Source: Anaerolineales bacterium (GTDB lineage Bacteria > Chloroflexota > Anaerolineae > Anaerolineales > UBA11858). Taken from it: DNA of 64,000 nt. Shown piece by piece: positions 41,691 to 50,373 of this stretch (positions within the stretch are counted from its first letter, which is position 1; every line of letters begins with the position of its first letter). The stretch spans positions 1,848 through 65,847 of the forward strand of contig JAWODY010000036.1 in assembly GCA_046483045.1 (NCBI GenBank). Direction: 5' to 3'. Both the position numbers and the translations under genes were made by a program. Under the pieces are notes generated by a model. That model had not been told where the DNA came from. It saw nothing but the letters and a program-made list of their open reading frames with translations, and did not search any database.

Positions 41691-41722
41691 GGAAAAAGTG
41701 GAGCGTGACGCTCCACTTTTCC
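41691..41722. terminator. Bidirectional intrinsic terminator
   Basis: ggaaaaAGTGGAGCG-tga-CGCTCCACTtttcc. Confidence 0.8.
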
Positions 41723-41763
41723 CTTTTAATATGGCCCATGACCCAGGCATCAACAAATCCAAT

Positions 41764-42597
41764 TCAACGCAGATAAGCAATCGACATTCCGCCGTCCACG
41801 GTCAGGGCAGCCCCATTAATTTTCTGACTGCGGGGGCTGCATAAAAAGAGGATGGCCTCTGCCACATCCTCCGGGGTCACAGACACATTCATCGCATTCC
41901 GCTTCCGGTAATAATCATAAATATCTTCAAACGGGACACCATGGCGGTCGGCGCTCTTCCGTAATTCCTCCTCCGAGAGGAGTTTTGTACCCCGGATCAC
42001 AGCATCGGGAAGCACAGAATTCGTCCGGATACCGTGCGGCCCACCCTCCTCTGCCAAACAGCGCGCCAGGTGCTGCACGGCAGCTTTCGCCGAGGCATAC
42101 GCACTTGCCCCAGGGCTGGGCGCGACCGCGTTTTTGCTGGATGTGAAGACCAAACGACCGGGAATATCACGCTGGAGCCAATGCCGGAACGCTTCCCGGG
42201 CCGTCAAAAAACTCCCCGCAGCCAGGACATCAAACATCTCCTGCCAGAGCGACAAAGAGGTTTCGTGAATGGGGGCCACTTTCATAGAGCCGGCATTTGC
42301 GATCACGATCTGGATCTCGCCCAGCGCATTGACCGCCTGCTGAAAAGCATCTTTAACCTGGCCTTCTCGGGTGACATCGCAGGGGATGGGGACCATGCGC
42401 TCTTCCCCCGTCTTTTCACGAATCAATCTTTTGGTTTCCTCCAGATCCCCTTCCGTGCGGGCGATGCCCGCCACATACGCCCCCGCTTGTGCAAGGCGGA
42501 TCGCAGCTGCCCGCCCAATCCCGGATGAAGCTCCGGTTAGAAAAACATGCTCTCCTTTCAATTCACCTTTATCCGTGTTTGCTTTGTCTCCCATCAC
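41764..42597 (-). CDS. Short-chain dehydrogenase/reductase (similar to the RhaD-fusion SDR domain)
   Basis: TGASSGIG, NAG, SSKNAV, YASAK, NSVLPDAV, TVDGG. Confidence 0.88.
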   Translation of the reverse strand: MMGDKANTDKGELKGEHVFLTGASSGIGRAAAIRLAQAGAYVAGIARTEGDLEETKRLIREKTGEERMVPIPCDVTREGQVKDAFQQAVNALGEIQIVIANAGSMKVAPIHETSLSLWQEMFDVLAAGSFLTAREAFRHWLQRDIPGRLVFTSSKNAVAPSPGASAYASAKAAVQHLARCLAEEGGPHGIRTNSVLPDAVIRGTKLLSEEELRKSADRHGVPFEDIYDYYRKRNAMNVSVTPEDVAEAILFLCSPRSQKINGAALTVDGGMSIAYLR

Positions 42598-43019
42598 TCT
42601 CCCTCCACCTCTATCATGTTATGTGTTTCCTCTCCATTGTAAGGCAAAAAAAGTCTCGCGTCCTTCAGCAGCTAATCTAATTATTTTCTGGAACACATAC
42701 TTGAGTTAATTTACGGAAATATGGCAGAATGTGGATTCCCGAACAGCTCCTCCTGTTTCGAATTCGGTTTCATATCCGGGGACTGCCAACCTTACCCGGC
42801 AGCCAGGGGGATGTCTCGCCACAGCCAAAACCAAACTGTCTCCTCCCACCCGTTTTTACCCTCCTGAGATCAGATCATCCCTTCTCTTCCCTGGACATAA
42901 AACCCTTAAAGGCCTTTAATCCTGCTCACCTGGATTTGTGTTAGGATATTGATTAGAAATTGTATACGCGTTCTTGAGCTACATCCCTAACCCGTACTTG
43001 TGGTCTCTAAGGAGTCAGG

Positions 43020-44345
43020 ATGATGAGTAAAAACCTATCACACAACCAACAAGACACATCACGGATCATCGAATCCGCCCAACGCCTGGGCATCGAATTA
43101 AACGAAGATGAGGCCGCACAGTGGATGGAAGCCATCAGCACCTCCCAGGAAGGGGAGGATGTGGTGTTTGACAGGCGCAGCGGCGTCTTTGGGCACAAGG
43201 TCAGCATGCTCGATTTCAGCGAAAAGGACCTGGACCATTTCCGGAAGCTGGGCGCGCTGGTTGAGTTTGAGGACATCCCCGGGGAAGTGGAAACCGCACT
43301 GGCTCTTTCTGGATCGGCCGCCCAGTCGAAAATCCAGACCTATCCCGGGGACGCGGACTATTTTGAGCGCATGAACATCCTCTCCGAAAGCCGGGACGAG
43401 GCCTGCCAGGTCCTGGCCCAGTTAATACGCGATAAGGCCCTGGCAACCATGACAGGGCCAACCTACCAGCTCATGGAAGTTCACTTCGGGTCTTACCCCC
43501 GGGACGTGATCGTCAATGGGCAGCAGCGCCAGAAAGGAGGTTCCATCTCCTGGACCCCAGAAGAGTTGGAGATTGGCGAGATCCAAGCTCAAACGCTGGA
43601 AGGTGAGCATATCACGTTGAGGTGGGAAAACGTGGCCCATGATCCCGGTTGGTGCAAATTGGACTGGGTGGTCGCGGATCCCCTCAGGAACGAATTGGTC
43701 AACGCCAGCAACATGCTGGACGTGACCTGGGAAGCGCCAGATGGAACCATCACACCTCTGGACGGTTTCCTCGACCCTTACTTCCAGGAGGTCTATTTGC
43801 AGGAAGAATCGGTGCCCATCTTTGAGAAATTATCCCAGCATGTATCCGCCAACGCGCTTGAGGTATATGTGGAGCAGCTGGAAAAGGAAGTCAACAAATA
43901 CCTCAACAAAGACATCAATTACGGCAAAGCAGCCAAGCGGATGTATAACATCTTCCGCCTCACAGGGCGTTATCAAGAAGCCGCCCTGATCCGAGAGTTG
44001 TTTGACGAGCCAGCTTCCATGCTCTATCAGGTCTGGTCCCTGATCCGCACCATGGACGAGAGCAGCCAGCCGGATTCCAGCATCTCCATCGAGCGGATCC
44101 AGAGCCAGGCAGACCGGTTGATCATGTCAGTGATTACAGGTCTTGAAGGAGAAGAAGAATCAGTCGTCGTCCGACACCTGCTGCATTTACGGGATGTTCT
44201 TGAAGACCAGAAAGCGGGCCAGTCCTTGACGGATGAAGTAGAAACCGCCCGGGACGAAGTGATCAATATCGTGAACAACTTTTTCTACGAAAAATTGACC
44301 ACGGTGCCTGAAATCAAAGGCTACATGGAAGCCTTTTCAGGGTAG
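43020..44345 (+). CDS. Hypothetical protein with Pol-beta-type nucleotidyltransferase signature
   Basis: LSGS-x11-DAD motif (GS at 43311, DAD at 43350-43358); later KLDW; helical C-terminus with YGKAAKRMY. Confidence 0.55.
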   Translation: MMSKNLSHNQQDTSRIIESAQRLGIELNEDEAAQWMEAISTSQEGEDVVFDRRSGVFGHKVSMLDFSEKDLDHFRKLGALVEFEDIPGEVETALALSGSAAQSKIQTYPGDADYFERMNILSESRDEACQVLAQLIRDKALATMTGPTYQLMEVHFGSYPRDVIVNGQQRQKGGSISWTPEELEIGEIQAQTLEGEHITLRWENVAHDPGWCKLDWVVADPLRNELVNASNMLDVTWEAPDGTITPLDGFLDPYFQEVYLQEESVPIFEKLSQHVSANALEVYVEQLEKEVNKYLNKDINYGKAAKRMYNIFRLTGRYQEAALIRELFDEPASMLYQVWSLIRTMDESSQPDSSISIERIQSQADRLIMSVITGLEGEEESVVVRHLLHLRDVLEDQKAGQSLTDEVETARDEVINIVNNFFYEKLTTVPEIKGYMEAFSG

Positions 44346-44439
44346 CGAAACGTACGGAAGGCATTTCGCTCCACCCCCTGAAGCAAGCCGTGAACCCCTC
44401 CGCTGTCCGGGTTGTTAACAATACGCTAACATCCTGCGC

Positions 44440-44467
44440 TTGCATTTCCCGTAAAAATAGTTATAAT
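44440..44467 (+). promoter_or_regulatory. Sigma-70 promoter of thrS leader
   Basis: TTGCAT-N16-TATAAT. Confidence 0.7.
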
Positions 44468-44489
44468 TTAAGCGTATTGAATAGGAAAA

Positions 44490-44730
44490 GCGTAGATCGG
44501 GACGAGTAACGGTTCCCTGTTCTGCCAGAGAAAGAAGGTCATTGGTTGAGAGCCTTCCCCAGAACTTGGCCGCGAAAACCACCCGTGAGCAAACACCGGA
44601 ACGTGATCAAGCAAGTATGGTGGCTCGGTTGGCCCCGTTATCAGCCCAAAGAGGCGCCCTGAATGTCAGGGTAAATCTGGGTGGAACCGCGAGTGAGCTC
44701 TTGCCCCAGTTGGCAGGAGTTTTTTGTTTG
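44490..44730 (+). ncRNA. T-box riboswitch (Thr)
   Basis: Stem I with GAGTA, AGAGA and GGTTGAGAGCC; specifier ACC at 44578-44580; CCGTTA; T-box AATCTGGGTGGAACCGCG at 44674-44691; terminator CTCTTGCC/GGCAGGAG followed by a T tract. Confidence 0.93.
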
Positions 44731-44740
44731 GAGGTGCAGC

Positions 44741-46546
44741 ATGGGACAAAATAAGAATGGCCAAGGAAACGGATACGAAGAATCGAAAATCTATCGCATC
44801 CGGCATTCAGCAGCACATGTCATGGCCCAGGCGGTGATGGACATGTTCCCAGAAGGAGAGGCGAAAGTGGCCATTGGCCCACCCATTGAAGACGGTTTTT
44901 ACTACGACTTCGACCTCCCGCGACCGCTGACCCCTGAAGACCTGGAGGTCATCGAAGAGAAGATGCGGGAGACCTTGTCCGAGGACCACGAGTTCAAGCG
45001 CAGGGAGTTATCCGCGGAAGAGGCCCGGGAGATCTTTAAAGACCAACCCTATAAACAAGAATTGATTGACGGGTTGGAATCCGGCGGCGTGGATGAGCAC
45101 GGGAAACCTTTGGATGAAAAACCCGTCATCTCCATCTACAAGCACGATGATTTTGTGGACCTTTGCCGGGGGCCCCACGTGGAAAGCACAGAAGAGATCG
45201 ATTCTGATGCGGTGAAACTCCTCAACGTAGCCGGGGCTTACTGGCGGGGAGATGAAAACAACCCCATGCTGCAGCGCATCTACGGCACGGCGTGGGAAAG
45301 CCGCGAAGCGCTAGAAAAATACCTCAACAAGCTGGAAGAAGCCAAACGGCGAGATCACCGTAAAGTGGGAAAGGAACTCGATCTGTACAGCACCACGCCA
45401 GAAGTGGGCAGCGGGTTGGTGCTCTGGCATCCCAAGGGTGCCATGATTCGCCACATGGCGGAGGAATACTGCAAAGAGGAACACCTGGCCAACGGGTACG
45501 AATTCGTCTACTCCCCCCACATCGGCAAAAAGAGCCTGTGGGAGACCAGCGGGCACCTGACCTGGTATGACGAAAACATGTATTCCCCCATCGAGATCGA
45601 TGAGGAAGAATACTTCCTAAAACCCATGAACTGCCCTTTCCACATTATGATGTACAAGAACGATCTCCACAGCTACCGGGATCTGCCTCTGCGCTGGGCG
45701 GAATGGGGTACGGTGTACCGCTACGAGCGCAGCGGTGTGCTGCACGGCCTGATGCGCGTGCGCGGTTTCACGCAGGACGACGCGCACATCTTCTGCAATC
45801 CGGAACAGATGCCGGAGGAGATCGACCGCGTCCTGAACTTCTGTTTGCACATCTTACGCGGGTTCGGTATTCACGACTTCCACGCCTACCTCTCCACCCG
45901 GGATCCGGAAAAATCTGCCGGAGATGTAGAACGCTGGGACGACGCCACAGAAGCGCTCCGCGGGGCCTTGGAACGGGCAGAGCTCAACTACGAAGTGGAT
46001 GAAGGCGGCGCTGCTTTCTATGGGCCAAAGATCGATTTGAAAATGATCGATGCCTTAGAACGTGAATGGCAGCTGAGCACAATCCAATTTGACTTCAACC
46101 TTCCGGATCGTTTCGATCTGGTTTACATTGGGGAAGACGGAGAGCAGCACCGTCCTTACATGATCCACCGGGCGCTGTTGGGGTCGATGGAACGCTTCAT
46201 CGGCGTCCTGATCGAACACTACGGGGGCGACTTCCCCCTCTGGTTGGCCCCTGTGCAGGCTGTGATGATCCCCATCACCGACCGCAACATCCCTTACGTG
46301 GAGAAGATCGCAAAGCAGCTCCGGTCCCAAGGCATCCGTGTGGAAGTGGACGACAGCAGCGACCGCATGGGCGCAAAAATCCGTGACGCTGAAAAACAAA
46401 AGATCCCCTACATGCTGGTTGTCGGGGACCGCGAGGAAGAAGCCAACACGGTCGCTCCCCGCCTTCGCAGCGGAGAGCAGCTGGACCCCATGAGCGTTGA
46501 GGATTTATGGGAGCGCATGGAACACGAAATCGAAGAACACAAATAA
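44741..46546 (+). CDS. thrS: Threonine-tRNA ligase
   Basis: RHSAAHVMAQAV, DLCRGPH, RDHRKVG, KPMNCPFH, RVRGFTQDDAH, FYGPKID. ggagg SD before ATG 44741. Confidence 0.97.
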   Translation: MGQNKNGQGNGYEESKIYRIRHSAAHVMAQAVMDMFPEGEAKVAIGPPIEDGFYYDFDLPRPLTPEDLEVIEEKMRETLSEDHEFKRRELSAEEAREIFKDQPYKQELIDGLESGGVDEHGKPLDEKPVISIYKHDDFVDLCRGPHVESTEEIDSDAVKLLNVAGAYWRGDENNPMLQRIYGTAWESREALEKYLNKLEEAKRRDHRKVGKELDLYSTTPEVGSGLVLWHPKGAMIRHMAEEYCKEEHLANGYEFVYSPHIGKKSLWETSGHLTWYDENMYSPIEIDEEEYFLKPMNCPFHIMMYKNDLHSYRDLPLRWAEWGTVYRYERSGVLHGLMRVRGFTQDDAHIFCNPEQMPEEIDRVLNFCLHILRGFGIHDFHAYLSTRDPEKSAGDVERWDDATEALRGALERAELNYEVDEGGAAFYGPKIDLKMIDALEREWQLSTIQFDFNLPDRFDLVYIGEDGEQHRPYMIHRALLGSMERFIGVLIEHYGGDFPLWLAPVQAVMIPITDRNIPYVEKIAKQLRSQGIRVEVDDSSDRMGAKIRDAEKQKIPYMLVVGDREEEANTVAPRLRSGEQLDPMSVEDLWERMEHEIEEHK

Positions 46547-46565
46547 GGTTTCAGAGCAAAAAATG

Positions 46566-46603
46566 AATCAGGGGCTGCTTTTTGACGCGGTCCCTGATTT
46601 TTT
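46566..46603 (+). terminator. Probable intrinsic terminator after thrS
   Basis: AATCAGGGG...TCCCTGATT followed by a T run. Confidence 0.6.
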
Positions 46604-46648
46604 AAGTCATGAAAAGCACAAAGTACGAAGCACGATCACGCCTACCTG

Positions 46649-46678
46649 TTGACGAGCCTCCCCTCTCTATGGTATTAT
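46649..46678 (+). promoter_or_regulatory. Promoter of infC
   Basis: TTGACG-N18-TATTAT with TG extension. Confidence 0.6.
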
Positions 46679-46720
46679 CCAAGTCTGAAGAGACAGCTAT
46701 TTAGGAAAAGGAGAGAGAAA

Positions 46721-47236
46721 ATAGCGGACACAAACTACAGAGCGAATACGCGGATTCGGGCCAAAGAGGTTCGTGTGATTGATCCCGAAGGTAAGAACCG
46801 AGGTGTTCACCCCCTTTCAAAGGCATTGGCGACAGCTCGTGCAAATGACTTAGACCTCGTTGAGATCGCTCCCAACGCCAACCCTCCCGTGTGTAAAGTG
46901 ATGGATTTGGGGAAATTTCTTTACGAACAGGAGAAGAAACGGCAGAAAGCGAAAAAGTCTCAAAAGACCATCGAAGTCAAAGAAATTCGTTTGCGCCCCA
47001 AGACCACCGAACACCACCGCAATTTCAAAGTCAGAGATGCAAGAAGGTGGTTGAAGGAAAACAAAAAGGTCAATGTCCGCATCCAATTCCGGGGCCGGGA
47101 AATACACTATCCGGAAATTGCCCTGGACATCATGAGGGACATAGCAGAAGAACTGAGTGATGTCGGAGAAGTGGAGCAAAGGCCTTCCCGAGAGGGACAT
47201 TCCATGCTCATGGTATTGGCTCCCAAAAAGGATTAA
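46721..47236 (+). CDS. infC: Translation initiation factor IF-3, non-canonical ATA start
   Basis: aaggagag SD then ATA GCG GAC ACA; NTRIRAKEVRVID, DLVEIAPNANPPVCKVMD, VKEIRLRP, FRGRE. Confidence 0.94.
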   Translation: MADTNYRANTRIRAKEVRVIDPEGKNRGVHPLSKALATARANDLDLVEIAPNANPPVCKVMDLGKFLYEQEKKRQKAKKSQKTIEVKEIRLRPKTTEHHRNFKVRDARRWLKENKKVNVRIQFRGREIHYPEIALDIMRDIAEELSDVGEVEQRPSREGHSMLMVLAPKKD

Positions 47237-47429
47237 CCTTTCCCATTCCAAGAGCAGGTCCGATCAGATGCGCCTGATGTGGCGGCAGAGTTGACCCCGA
47301 CCACACCCCATAGGGTTGTATCAGAATGAGTGAGAATAGAATAGATTAACGCAACCGTTGTGCGCAAACAACAGGTGCCTAGGATCAGAAAGGTAACCGG
47401 CGTACAGGGGATTGCAGGAGAGTGAAACG

Positions 47430-47786
47430 ATGGCACGTGTAAAAACAGGTACAAAACGCAGGAAACGACATAAGAAAATCATCAAGCGAGCCAAAGGCAA
47501 GTACGGCACCCGCAGCCGCCTTTTCAAGCGCGCGAATGAAGCCATGCTCAAAAGCCAATGGTACGAATATCGCGATCGCCGCACGCGGAAACGCGATCTG
47601 CGCCGTTTATGGATCACCCGCATCAATGCCGCTTCACGGCAAAACGGCCTCCCCTACAGCCGCTTGATTTATGGATTGAAAGAAGCAGATATCAAACTAA
47701 ACAGAAAGATGCTGGCTGATTTAGCGGTCCGGGACCCGGATGCATTTTCCGAAATTGTGGTCCGCGCCAAAGAGGCCATCGGCTGA
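47430..47786 (+). CDS. rplT: 50S ribosomal protein L20
   Basis: MARVKTG...[21 protein letters not shown]...[11 protein letters not shown]. Confidence 0.97.
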   Translation: MARVKTGTKRRKRHKKIIKRAKGKYGTRSRLFKRANEAMLKSQWYEYRDRRTRKRDLRRLWITRINAASRQNGLPYSRLIYGLKEADIKLNRKMLADLAVRDPDAFSEIVVRAKEAIG

Positions 47787-47878
47787 GGATTTCGGACAAA
47801 TTAGGGTAAAGAAGAAAGAGCTTCGCGATAGGCTGCGGAGTTCTTTTCAGTTAATGCTACAATCGAACCTGGAGGTGG

Positions 47879-48445
47879 ATGATGAGCGAAATGCTGCGCC
47901 AAACTGAACTATCTACAAAACTTAACCTCCAGCTCGTGCAGGGTGACATCACCCGGCAGGACGTGGACGCCATCGTCAATGCAGCCAATGAGAGGCTCCA
48001 GCACGGTGGAGGCGTGGCAGCGGCCATCGCCCGGGCCGGCGGATCCGCGATCCAAACGGAGAGCAACCGCTGGATCGAGGAACATGGACCAGTAGGTCAC
48101 GCCAACCCCGCCTTCACATCCGGTGGTAATTTACCCTCTCAATTCATCATCCATGCGGTCGGTCCCCGGTGGGGATCCGGGAATGAGGATCAAAAACTTC
48201 AGGAAGCTGTTCAGGGGTCTCTGCGTTTAGCGGATGACCTCGGCTTACATTCCCTCGCCCTGCCAGCGATATCGACGGGAATCTACGGGTTCCCCACCAA
48301 CCGGGCAGCAAAAGTCATCCTGCATGCCGTTGAGTCCTACGCATCCACACACCCCCAATCAAAGTTAACCCTGATCCGCATCGTGCTCTACGGCGACGCC
48401 ACCGCGAAGGCATTCACTGAGGTTTGGGACCAAATCATATCATGA
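47879..48445 (+). CDS. Macro domain (ADP-ribose-binding/hydrolase, YmdB-like) protein
   Basis: GDIT..DVDAIVNAAN..L.HGGGVA, IIHAVGP, LPAISTGIYGFP. Confidence 0.92.
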   Translation: MMSEMLRQTELSTKLNLQLVQGDITRQDVDAIVNAANERLQHGGGVAAAIARAGGSAIQTESNRWIEEHGPVGHANPAFTSGGNLPSQFIIHAVGPRWGSGNEDQKLQEAVQGSLRLADDLGLHSLALPAISTGIYGFPTNRAAKVILHAVESYASTHPQSKLTLIRIVLYGDATAKAFTEVWDQIIS

Positions 48446-49215
48446 TCACCTCCCCCCAAAACGAGTCCATAAAACGCATCCGTCACCTGCAGGACCGGTC
48501 CAAAGCCCGCGAGGAAGAAGAAGCCTTTATCATCGAAGGCCTCCGGCTGTTGGAAGAAGCTCTGCAGCACGGTTGGGCTCCGGAATTGGTCCTCTTCACA
48601 GACGATATTGACCAACGCGGTTGGGACGTGATTAACGGATTCCGCGGGCAGGGCGTCCTTACCCGAAAGGTCTCTCCAGAAGTGATGGCCGCCGCCAGCG
48701 ACACACAAACCCCCCAGGGTTTGCTGGCAGTGCTCCCCCTTCAAGGCCAACCTCAGCCCCAGAAGATAGATTTTGTCCTCCTGGTCGATCAAATCCGGGA
48801 CCCTGGAAACCTGGGCACCCTGCTCCGCACCTCATTGGCCGCCGGGGTGGATGCCGTCTATCTAACCCCAGGGACCGTGGATCCCCACTCTCCCAAAGCG
48901 GTCCGGGCCGGGATGGGGGCCCATTTCCAACTCCCTGTGGCAAAGATGACCTGGGAGAACATCAAGGAAAAGATCAAAGGCCTGACCGTTTACGTCGCGG
49001 ACGCGGAAAAGGGAATACCCCATACAGAAGCGGACTTAACCCAGCCTTTAGCCCTGATCATCGGGAATGAAGCCCGGGGGGCAGGCGAGAAAGCCTGGAA
49101 TTGGGCTGACCAACCGCTGCACATCCCTATGCCCGGAGACGCGGAATCCCTCAACGCAGCTGTCGCCGGCGCGATTTTGATCTTTGAAGTGGTCCGCCAA
49201 AGAAGGCTCCGATAA
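48442..49215 (+). CDS. TrmH/SpoU family RNA 2'-O-methyltransferase
   Basis: MITS..N start (ATGA overlap), IRDPGNLGTLLR, IGNEARG, IPMPGDAESLNAAVA. Confidence 0.93.
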   Translation: MITSPQNESIKRIRHLQDRSKAREEEEAFIIEGLRLLEEALQHGWAPELVLFTDDIDQRGWDVINGFRGQGVLTRKVSPEVMAAASDTQTPQGLLAVLPLQGQPQPQKIDFVLLVDQIRDPGNLGTLLRTSLAAGVDAVYLTPGTVDPHSPKAVRAGMGAHFQLPVAKMTWENIKEKIKGLTVYVADAEKGIPHTEADLTQPLALIIGNEARGAGEKAWNWADQPLHIPMPGDAESLNAAVAGAILIFEVVRQRRLR

Positions 49216-49278
49216 CCTCACAGAGGAGATCAATAAATACACTCCTCTCGCTGAAAGATGTCAGGAAACAATCAATAG

Positions 49279-50373
49279 ATGACTGAAAATAAATCTTTAC
49301 CGATCAACGAAATCGTCCGGGGGGATGCGGTGGAGGTCATGAACTCCCTTCCCCCGGGATCAATAGACCTCCTCTTCGCGGACCCTCCTTATAACTTGCA
49401 GCTGGAGGACGAGCTGTGGCGCCCGGATCTCAGTAAAGTCGATGCCGTCAATGAAGCCTGGGATCAATTCGACGACTTCAAAGCCTACGACCGCTTTACG
49501 CAGGCCTGGCTGACAGCCGCCAAACGGCTTTTGAACGAAACAGGCAGCCTGTGGGTCATCGGCTCTTATCATAATATTTACCGGGTGGGAAAAATCCTCC
49601 AGGATCTCGGGTTTTGGATATTGAACGAGGTCGCCTGGATCAAGACCAACCCCATGCCTAATTTTCACGGTGTGCGTTTTACCAACGCGCACGAGACGCT
49701 GATCTGGGCTAAAAAGTCCAAGGACTGCCACTACACGTTCAATTACCACGCCATGAAATCCTTCAATGACGAGAAACAAATGCGCAGCGACTGGCTTCTT
49801 CCCGTTTGCAAAGGGAAGGAGAGAATCCGCATTGAGGGTGAAACAGCCCACCCCACCCAAAAACCGGAAGCGTTGCTGTACCGCGTCCTGGTCTCCTCCA
49901 CCAACGCGGGAGATATCGTGCTCGATCCCTTTTTTGGCACAGGGACCACAGGCGTGGTCGCCAAACGCCTGCACCGCCGTTGGATCGGCGTGGAACGCAA
50001 CCCCACCTATATTAAGGTTGCTCAAGAGAGGGTTGACAGCGTCCAGCCCGAGCCTTACGCGGAAGGGGCATTTGACCTGCGGGACAAAAAGCGCCTCGCC
50101 CCCCGGGTCCCGTTTGCACATCTTTTAGAACAGGGCTATTTGGATCCCGGACAGGAACTATTCTTTCAAAAGGACCCTGCCCAAAAAGCAATCCTCAAAC
50201 CCAATGGGAAACTGCGCTACGGCGAATATGAAGGGTCAATCCACCAAACTGCGAGATACATTCAGGACGGGAGCCCCATCAACGGCTGGGAACACTGGTA
50301 TTACAAATCCGAGGAAGGAGAATGGGTCGTCATTGACCATTTACGCGAACAAATCCGGGAAAATATGAAATGA
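49279..50373 (+). CDS. Beta-class N6-adenine DNA methyltransferase, CcrM/M.HinfI-like
   Basis: FADPPYNLQL, GSYHNI, NPMPNF.G.RFTNAHETLIW, HPTQKPEALL, DPFFGTGTT; C-terminal RVPF...SIH...NGWEHW domain. Confidence 0.88.
   Translation: MTENKSLPINEIVRGDAVEVMNSLPPGSIDLLFADPPYNLQLEDELWRPDLSKVDAVNEAWDQFDDFKAYDRFTQAWLTAAKRLLNETGSLWVIGSYHNIYRVGKILQDLGFWILNEVAWIKTNPMPNFHGVRFTNAHETLIWAKKSKDCHYTFNYHAMKSFNDEKQMRSDWLLPVCKGKERIRIEGETAHPTQKPEALLYRVLVSSTNAGDIVLDPFFGTGTTGVVAKRLHRRWIGVERNPTYIKVAQERVDSVQPEPYAEGAFDLRDKKRLAPRVPFAHLLEQGYLDPGQELFFQKDPAQKAILKPNGKLRYGEYEGSIHQTARYIQDGSPINGWEHWYYKSEEGEWVVIDHLREQIRENMK

Noticed and set aside
42600-43019. Riboswitch or small gene in the SDR-NTase spacer
   Set aside because: No recognisable riboswitch consensus; the 62-71 aa ORFs lack an SD and family features.
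43020-44345. CBASS or MNT-HEPN defence system
   Set aside because: No effector, Cap2/Cap3 or HEPN gene is adjacent, so it is kept only as an orphan NTase candidate.
46644-47376. Long-range pairing ACCTGTTG (46644-46651) with CAACAGGT (47369-47376) as an L20-leader-like structure
   Set aside because: Only 8 bp, and the 5' arm overlaps the predicted infC -35 box, so it would not be in that transcript. Chance is likely.
47879-48445. Macro domain as the antitoxin of a DarTG-type system
   Set aside because: No ADP-ribosyltransferase toxin is adjacent; the sequence and context fit housekeeping YmdB-like proteins.
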